Positions 56,789-64,000 of a stretch of DNA of 64,000 nucleotides are shown one piece after another. The notes under the pieces are model-generated. The model was not told where the DNA came from. It worked only from the letters and a program-made list of their open reading frames with translations, and searched no databases. Every line of letters begins with the position of its first letter. Within the stretch, counting starts at the first letter, position 1. Source of the DNA: an uncultured Ectothiorhodospiraceae bacterium (GTDB lineage: Bacteria; Pseudomonadota; Gammaproteobacteria; UBA9214); NCBI GenBank assembly GCA_947258515.1, contig CAMYIO010000013.1, forward strand, positions 760-64,759, in the 5' to 3' direction. A program made the position numbers and the translations under genes.

Positions 56789-59498
56789 CAACCCCACTTC
56801 CAGCGCACCCGTGGCCACCGATGAGGGAACCATTGACGCGGCCACCTATGAATCCTGGTTCAGACTGCACAGCCTGGATGAATCCCGTAACAGCGACGAG
56901 GTACCACTGACGCTGTACAAGGATTGCCTGCTGCACGGCAACCGGCAGCTCGCGGAAAAATTCACACAGGGCGTCAGCGTACCGGTCCTGATCCATGCCC
57001 GCTCATGGCTGGTTGACCAGGTGCTGCGACGGGCCTGGCCGTATTTCACGGCAACCGCGGAAGACACACTGGCGCTGGTCGCCGTGGGGGGATACGGCCG
57101 CAGCGAACTGATGCCCGGCTCGGATATTGATCTGCTGGTGCTGCTTCCCGATGCCGACAATAACCGCTACGACCAGAAGATCACGCAGTTGCTGACATTT
57201 CTCTGGGATATCGGCCTTGAAGTCGGGCACAGCGTGCGCAGCATCGAAGATTGCGTTGAACAATCGCTGGCTGATATCACCGTGGTCACCAACCTCATGG
57301 AGGCACGCTTGCTGGCCGGTTCGGCAAGCCTGTTCCGGCGCATGCAACACCGGACCGGCCCCTCTGAAATCTGGAACAGCCGCGATTTTTTCGAGGTAAA
57401 GCGCCAGGAGCAGCGTGCACGTCACAGCCGCTATCACAACACCGCCTACAATCTGGAACCGAACATCAAGGAGAGTCCGGGTGGCTTGCGCGACATCCAG
57501 ATGATTGCCTGGGTCGCCAACCGGCATTTCGGCACCGCCTCGCTGCATGAACTGGTGGAGCGTGAATTCCTCACCAGGGAGGAATATCAGACCCTGATCA
57601 AGGGACGCGACCTGTTATGGAGTCTTCGCTTCGCCCTGCACACGCTCACCGGTCGCGGTGAAGACCGCCTGTTATTCGATCACCAGCGCACACTGGCCGA
57701 TACCTTCGACTTTCACGATGACGAAAGCCGCCTGGGTGTTGAAGCCTTTATGAAGCAGTACTACCGCACCATCATGGAATTAAGCCGCCTCAATGAAATG
57801 CTGCTGCAACTTTTCCAGGAAAACATCCTGCACCCGGAAGGTCCGGGCGAGCCGGTTGCCATCAACAAGCGCTTTCAAAGTCGTAACGGTTACATCGAGA
57901 TCAGCCATGAACGGGTATTTCGCTACCAGCCATTCGCACTGCTGGAGATTTTTCTGCTGCTGGAACAACACATGGAACTGAAGGGGGTGCGTGCCGGCAC
58001 CATTCGCGCCATACGCCAGAACCGTCACCTTATCGATGACGAATTCCGCAATGATATACGGGCACGCAGCCTGTTCATGGAAATCATTCGCCAGCCCCGG
58101 GGGATCACCCACCAGCTGCGACGCATGAATGCCTACGGCATACTCGCCGCCTATTTGCCGGCATTCGAGAATATTGTCGGACTGATGCAATACGACCTGT
58201 TTCATATCTACACCGTCGATGAGCATATACTGACACTGGTGCGCAACCTGCGTCGTTTTACCGTGCATGAGTTTGCGCTTGAGTTCCCCCTCTGCAGCCA
58301 CATCGTTGCCACCCTTCCCAAGCCGGAACTGCTCTATCTGGCCGGCCTGTTTCATGACATTGCCAAGGGCCGCGGCGGCGATCACTCGGAACTCGGTGCC
58401 GTGGACGCCACAGCCTTCTGCAAACAGCATGATCTCAGCGACTACGATACCGGACTGGTGACATGGCTGGTGGCAAACCACTTGTTCATGTCCTCGACAT
58501 CACAGCGCGAGGATATCAGTGACCCGGTCGTCGTGAATCGTTTTGCCAAGCGCGTCAAGGACACCGTACACCTGGACTATCTTTACCTGTTGACGGTGGC
58601 GGACATCAGGGCCACCAATCCGGAATTGTGGAATAACTGGAAAGATGCCCTGCTGAAGCAACTTTACTACAACACGCGACGTGCACTGCAACGCGGCCTG
58701 CAGGACCCGATGGAACGCGCCGAGCATATCCAGCAGGTGCAGCAGCAGGCCGTGAAAAACCTGGGGGAACTGACCCCGGCGATAACCGGTCTCTGGGAGA
58801 AACTCGGGGATGAGTATTTTCAGCGCCACGCGCCAGAACAGGTTGCGCATCACAGTCGCCTGCTGCTGAATAATGCGGGCAACAACACGCTGGTCGATAT
58901 TCAACCGGTGGGCGCACACGGCGGCACTGAAATTTTTATCTCTGCGCCCGCCGTGGACGACCAGTTCAGCCGTATTACCGCGGTACTCGACCGGCTCGGA
59001 CTGAACGTGGTCGATGCCGGAATCACCACCACGCAGGACAACAAGGCGCTCGACACCTTTCATGTACTGGAGGATTCCGGCTCCCCGGTAAGCGGGGACC
59101 GGCGGCTCGATGAAATAAAGGAGGCCCTGCTGAGCGCGATAAATGCCGGAAAACGCAGAACCTGGAATATATCCCGCCGTGCCCCGCATCTGTACCGGCA
59201 TTTTCCCATCAAGACACACCTGGATTTCAAACTGGACGCGTATGACCAGCGGACCGTAATGGAACTGATCACCGCCGACCGCCCAGGCCTGCTTTCCCGT
59301 ATCGGCAGGGCATTTGCCGATTGCAAGATCAGGCTGCTGAACGCAAAAATCGTAACCCTCGGTTCACGTGCGGAAGATGTGTACTACATCACCAACCAGC
59401 ATAACCAGCCGTTGACCGACGCCTCGGAAATCGCATGTCTCGAAGAGGCGATTCACAAATACCTTGACATGGAAGGCAACCCGGACAGCAATCACTAG
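56778..59498 (+). CDS. glnD: [protein-PII] uridylyltransferase/uridylyl-removing enzyme GlnD
   Basis: NT domain (VAVGGYGRSELMPGSDIDLLVL), HD domain and two C-terminal ACT domains. Start uncertain (ATG 56778 overlapping the map stop, or a later GTG). Confidence 0.9.
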   Translation: MTSSNPTSSAPVATDEGTIDAATYESWFRLHSLDESRNSDEVPLTLYKDCLLHGNRQLAEKFTQGVSVPVLIHARSWLVDQVLRRAWPYFTATAEDTLALVAVGGYGRSELMPGSDIDLLVLLPDADNNRYDQKITQLLTFLWDIGLEVGHSVRSIEDCVEQSLADITVVTNLMEARLLAGSASLFRRMQHRTGPSEIWNSRDFFEVKRQEQRARHSRYHNTAYNLEPNIKESPGGLRDIQMIAWVANRHFGTASLHELVEREFLTREEYQTLIKGRDLLWSLRFALHTLTGRGEDRLLFDHQRTLADTFDFHDDESRLGVEAFMKQYYRTIMELSRLNEMLLQLFQENILHPEGPGEPVAINKRFQSRNGYIEISHERVFRYQPFALLEIFLLLEQHMELKGVRAGTIRAIRQNRHLIDDEFRNDIRARSLFMEIIRQPRGITHQLRRMNAYGILAAYLPAFENIVGLMQYDLFHIYTVDEHILTLVRNLRRFTVHEFALEFPLCSHIVATLPKPELLYLAGLFHDIAKGRGGDHSELGAVDATAFCKQHDLSDYDTGLVTWLVANHLFMSSTSQREDISDPVVVNRFAKRVKDTVHLDYLYLLTVADIRATNPELWNNWKDALLKQLYYNTRRALQRGLQDPMERAEHIQQVQQQAVKNLGELTPAITGLWEKLGDEYFQRHAPEQVAHHSRLLLNNAGNNTLVDIQPVGAHGGTEIFISAPAVDDQFSRITAVLDRLGLNVVDAGITTTQDNKALDTFHVLEDSGSPVSGDRRLDEIKEALLSAINAGKRRTWNISRRAPHLYRHFPIKTHLDFKLDAYDQRTVMELITADRPGLLSRIGRAFADCKIRLLNAKIVTLGSRAEDVYYITNQHNQPLTDASEIACLEEAIHKYLDMEGNPDSNH

Positions 59499-59586
59499 GC
59501 ATCGCAACACGGGTTCCGGCGCTGCGCGCCTGACCCGGACAGCAATGACGGCGCCCGGCACAGGCAGCACGGCTAAAACACGCCCG

Positions 59587-59979
59587 TTATTGACTGGCCT
59601 GCATCACCTCTACCAGCTCGAGCGCATTGCCGTCCGGGTCACGGCAAAACAGGGCACGCCGTCCCGAGCTACTGAGCGTATACGCCACGTCTGCCGCCTG
59701 CAGTGCCGCCAGCACCCCGTCCAGGTCAGACACGCTCAGCGCCACATGCCGGTCACGGCCGCCATGTTCCGGCAACGTCACTTCACGCAGTGGATCCGGC
59801 AGCTCCAGCAGGTGTATCTGGGCCGAACCCACACGTAACCAGGCGCCGGGGTAATTCATGGCGGGGCGTGAGGCGTCGACCTGCAGACCCAGCACGCCCT
59901 GGTAGAACAGCAGTGCCCGCGCTGTATCACTGACCAGCAAGCTGACATGATGAATGGCCGTGATGTCAGCCATCTTCAT
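59587..59979 (-). CDS. VOC (glyoxalase/bleomycin-resistance) family protein
   Basis: Single VOC domain (IHHVSLLVSD...). Confidence 0.7.
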   Translation of the reverse strand: MKMADITAIHHVSLLVSDTARALLFYQGVLGLQVDASRPAMNYPGAWLRVGSAQIHLLELPDPLREVTLPEHGGRDRHVALSVSDLDGVLAALQAADVAYTLSSSGRRALFCRDPDGNALELVEVMQASQ

Positions 59980-60856
59980 CACCCGCATGAATACGTGCGG
60001 CCATGCAGGCCGCCGTTACGATCATGAATCCACCCAGCCATTCCCTGTAGAGCACGACCTCTTCCGTCAATAACAGCGATGACAGCGCGCCGATCACCAG
60101 CTCGAACAAGAGGATAACAGCAGAGCGATGCACCGGCATGCGCGTCACGCCATACAGTACGGTCAACGTCATGACGAGGAAACCGCACAGGCCCAGTGCT
60201 ACCGCGGCAAGCACGATGGCGTTACTCACCGCGGGCAAGCCGGCATGGCTGAGCACGATCCAGGCAGCGGCGATGAGCACCACACCCGACCAGCTGGCGG
60301 TTGACTTCAGCAACACGCCGACGTTTTGCGTGCGGCGCACGAAGACGTTACTCAGGGCGAAGGCAAAACCGGAGGAAACAGCCAGCCAGTCGGCATTGTC
60401 ACGCGGCCAGGGTATGCCGATATCCTCATTCCACAGCATAATGATCGCACCCGTCACCGCGATTGCGAATACCAGCAGGGATTTGGCGTCGAGCCGTTCG
60501 TCGAGCATGATCCAGCCAAGACAGACCGCCCAGAAGGGCGAAAGATAGAACAGCAGCAGCACGCGTACGACATGGCCATCCAGTACCGCCATGATGAAGG
60601 CAACATTACACCAGCCCGCGGACAGCCCCATTAGCAGCAGCGGCAGCTTATTCGCCAGCAGCGACTCGCGGTCACGGACCAGCACCCACGAAAACACGCA
60701 CAGGATGGTGCCATAACTGATCAGCGCACTCCACAGTCCGGACAGGCCCTGCCCCTCAAGCAGCCGCAACGGGTACCAGACGACACCCCACAGGGTCGCT
60801 GTAAACAGCAGACTGAGGACCGGCAGCAGGCGATTATCCAGTTTGGAGGTATTCAT
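59966..60856 (-). CDS. EamA/DMT-family transporter (10 TM)
   Basis: Two EamA repeats. Start at MNTSKLDN. Confidence 0.7.
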   Translation of the reverse strand: MNTSKLDNRLLPVLSLLFTATLWGVVWYPLRLLEGQGLSGLWSALISYGTILCVFSWVLVRDRESLLANKLPLLLMGLSAGWCNVAFIMAVLDGHVVRVLLLFYLSPFWAVCLGWIMLDERLDAKSLLVFAIAVTGAIIMLWNEDIGIPWPRDNADWLAVSSGFAFALSNVFVRRTQNVGVLLKSTASWSGVVLIAAAWIVLSHAGLPAVSNAIVLAAVALGLCGFLVMTLTVLYGVTRMPVHRSAVILLFELVIGALSSLLLTEEVVLYREWLGGFMIVTAACMAARIHAGDEDG

Positions 60857-60935
60857 GGCTTCCCTTATACTTTCACGACACACTCAGTGAAGCCAGTACA
60901 ATTCTGTTGGCTGCATATTAAGTACAAATAATTGT

Positions 60936-61017
60936 AGCCACGGAACCCACTAAAGGACACGGAAGAATAAAAGCATTACTAAAAATATTTCCGTGTTCTT
61001 CCGTGGATTTCGTGGCC
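60936..61017. repeat. CCACGGAA palindromic element, standalone copy in the EamA/dapC divergent intergenic region
   Basis: AGCCACGGAACCCAC...ACACGGAAGAA ... TTCCGTGTTCTTCCGTGGATTTCGTGGCC. An imperfect palindrome related to 29141-29219. Confidence 0.7.
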
Positions 61018-61066
61018 ATTTAATAAACTATCGGCAGTGACCAATCTAGAGTCAGCAACATAACGA

Positions 61067-62263
61067 ATGAACCCGAATCTGGCACAGCTGCAACCCTATC
61101 CATTCGAGCGACTGGCAACACTGTTCGAGGGCACCACAGCAGCCGCCGCGCTGACGCCGATATCACTGTCCATCGGCGAGCCACAGCATGCAACACCGGG
61201 ATTTATCACCGAGGAGGTGATTACCCACTTGCACGGTCTGTCACGTTATCCCCTGACACGCGGCATGCCGCAACTGCGCAGCGCCATCGCCGACTGGCTG
61301 GTGCAGCGTTTCACATTGCCGGCAGGCTCACTGGACCCCGAGCGGCAGGTGTTACCGGTAAATGGCACGCGCGAGGCACTGTTTGCCTTTGCCCAGTGCA
61401 TCGTCAATCCGCGCAGCGACGCACGGGTGCTGATGCCGAATCCCTTTTACCAGATCTATGAAGGTGCGGCCCTGCTGGCCGGTGCCAGGCCCTGGTTTAT
61501 GAACACCACCCGGGAAAGCGGCCTGCTCCCTGACTTCGATGCCGTACCCGACGCCATCTGGGAACGTTGCCAGCTGGTCTACATCTGCACCCCGGGCAAC
61601 CCGACGGGTGCCGTCATGCCGACAGCCGCGTTGCAGCAGTTGATAGAACTGGCAGACAGGCATGACTTTGTGATTGCCTCGGACGAGTGTTACTCGGAGA
61701 TCTACAGGGACGGCGACACACCCCCCGCGGGTCTGTTACAGGCGGCCGCGGAACTTGGCCGTCATGACTACCGTCGCTGCGTGGTCTTTCACAGTCTCTC
61801 GAAACGTTCCAATGCACCCGGCCTGCGTTCGGGTTTTGTCGCCGGCGATGCCGCTATCATGAACGACTTCCTGCGCTACCGTACCTACCACGGCTGCGCC
61901 ATGCCACCCGCCACCCAGGCCGCCAGCATCAGGGCCTGGCAGGATGAAGCACACGTGGCAGAGAATCGCACCCTGTACACAGAGAAATTTGATGCCGTGC
62001 TGGATATTCTCGCGCCGCTGCTGGACGTGCAGCCGCCGGATGCCGGTTTCTATCTCTGGGCGCATACGCCGCTGGATGACACCGACTTTGCCAGGGAGCT
62101 GCTGGCACAGCAAAACGTCATGGTCCTGCCAGGCAGTTTTCTTTCGCGCCCGGTAGATGGCAACAACCCCGGCAAGGATTATGTACGCATGGCGCTGGTG
62201 GCGCCGCTCGAGGATTGTATCGAGGCTGCAGGGCGCATTAAATCGTATATTGTCAGCCGGTAG
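61067..62263 (+). CDS. dapC: succinyldiaminopimelate transaminase (DapC, AlaC-like subfamily)
   Basis: PLP aminotransferase. Position upstream of dapD (glnD-dapC-dapD-dapE arrangement). Confidence 0.8.
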   Translation: MNPNLAQLQPYPFERLATLFEGTTAAAALTPISLSIGEPQHATPGFITEEVITHLHGLSRYPLTRGMPQLRSAIADWLVQRFTLPAGSLDPERQVLPVNGTREALFAFAQCIVNPRSDARVLMPNPFYQIYEGAALLAGARPWFMNTTRESGLLPDFDAVPDAIWERCQLVYICTPGNPTGAVMPTAALQQLIELADRHDFVIASDECYSEIYRDGDTPPAGLLQAAAELGRHDYRRCVVFHSLSKRSNAPGLRSGFVAGDAAIMNDFLRYRTYHGCAMPPATQAASIRAWQDEAHVAENRTLYTEKFDAVLDILAPLLDVQPPDAGFYLWAHTPLDDTDFARELLAQQNVMVLPGSFLSRPVDGNNPGKDYVRMALVAPLEDCIEAAGRIKSYIVSR

Positions 62264-62325
62264 GCAGTTATCATTGCCGCATCCTGTCATGACCAACCTT
62301 TTTACCTACCCGGAGATCAGCTCAT

Positions 62326-63147
62326 ATGAGTGACATGCAGTCTGTAATCGAAGCCGCCTTTGAACACCGCGCGGACATCACACCGCGCAGTGTCGACACC
62401 CATGTCAAGGAGGCCACGCTGGAGGCCATTGACATGCTCGACCGGGGGGTCGCCCGGGTTGCCGAAAAGAAAGACGGCCAGTGGGTCGTCAACGACTGGT
62501 TGAAAAAGGCCGTATTACTCTCGTTCCGCATCGAGGATAACGCGTTTATCAAGGGTGGTTTCACCAATTACTACGACAAGGTGACCTCCAAGTATGCTGA
62601 TACCAATTCGCGTGAATTTCGTGAAGGCGGCGTACGCGTGGTGCCACCGGCAACCGCACGCAAGGGTTCCTATATTGCCTCCGGTGTGGTGCTGATGCCC
62701 TGCTACGTCAACATCGGTGCCTATGTCGACAGCGGCACCATGGTCGACACCTGGGCCACCGTCGGGTCCTGCGCACAGATTGGCAAGAACGTGCACCTCT
62801 CCGGTGGCGTTGGTATCGGCGGCGTCCTCGAGCCGGTACAGGCCAGCCCGACCATTATCGAAGACAACTGCTTCATCGGCGCCCGCTCGGAAGTTGTGGA
62901 AGGCGTCATCGTCGAGCAGGGTTCGGTCATATCGATGGGTGTGTACATCGGTCAGAGCACCCGCATCTATGATCGTTCCAGCGGTGAAATCATGTATGGA
63001 CGGGTGCCAGCCGGTTCCGTGGTGGTCTCGGGCAACCTGCCCTCCAAGGATGGCAGCTACAGTTTGTACTGCGCCGTGATCGTGAAACGTGTTGATGAAA
63101 AGACACTCTCGAAGGTCGGCATTAACGAACTGTTGCGCGACATCTAG
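62326..63147 (+). CDS. dapD: 2,3,4,5-tetrahydropyridine-2,6-dicarboxylate N-succinyltransferase
   Basis: Collinear with DapD, with hexapeptide repeats. Confidence 0.94.
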   Translation: MSDMQSVIEAAFEHRADITPRSVDTHVKEATLEAIDMLDRGVARVAEKKDGQWVVNDWLKKAVLLSFRIEDNAFIKGGFTNYYDKVTSKYADTNSREFREGGVRVVPPATARKGSYIASGVVLMPCYVNIGAYVDSGTMVDTWATVGSCAQIGKNVHLSGGVGIGGVLEPVQASPTIIEDNCFIGARSEVVEGVIVEQGSVISMGVYIGQSTRIYDRSSGEIMYGRVPAGSVVVSGNLPSKDGSYSLYCAVIVKRVDEKTLSKVGINELLRDI

Positions 63148-63162
63148 GATAGCGACACAGCG

Positions 63163-64000
<838 letters not shown>

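Overview
High-GC (~60%) gammaproteobacterial chromosomal core window, almost entirely housekeeping genes in E. coli-like synteny blocks. The blocks are: UPF0016 | group II intron remnant + pspA fragment | low-GC islet (STAS-like protein, porin) | CusRS-like two-component system + NhaD | dnaQ-rnhA-yafS-mltD | DUF502 | recJ-prfB-lysS | hypothetical-thrC-hom-aminotransferase | Mth938-like | surE-pcm-yqaA-nlpD-rpoS | smr | truD-ispF-ispD-ftsB-eno-kdsA-pyrG | tilS-accA-dnaE-[low-GC diguanylate cyclase insertion]-rnhB-lpxB-lpxA-fabZ-lpxD-skp-bamA-rseP-dxr-cdsA-uppS-frr-pyrH-tsf-rpsB | map-glnD | VOC/EamA | dapC-dapD-arsC-like-dapE (3' partial). No rRNA, tRNA or CRISPR was found, and I found no clear novel defence or biosynthetic system. 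The unusual content is structural. First, a 305-bp near-perfect palindrome between ispD and ftsB duplicates the ispD 5' end in inverted orientation and overwrites the ftsB C-terminus. Second, a 5'-truncated group II intron (domain V recognisable) abuts a pspA fragment. Third, lysS and rnhB each carry an internal out-of-frame deletion. Fourth, there are three small repeat families: a REP-like terminator palindrome (3 copies), a TAGGAGCC MITE-like element (2 copies, which rewrites the accA 3' end and supplies the frr stop codon), and a CCACGGAA palindromic element (2-3 copies). Coordinates for non-ORF features were counted by hand from the 60-nt lines and may be off by 1-3 nt.
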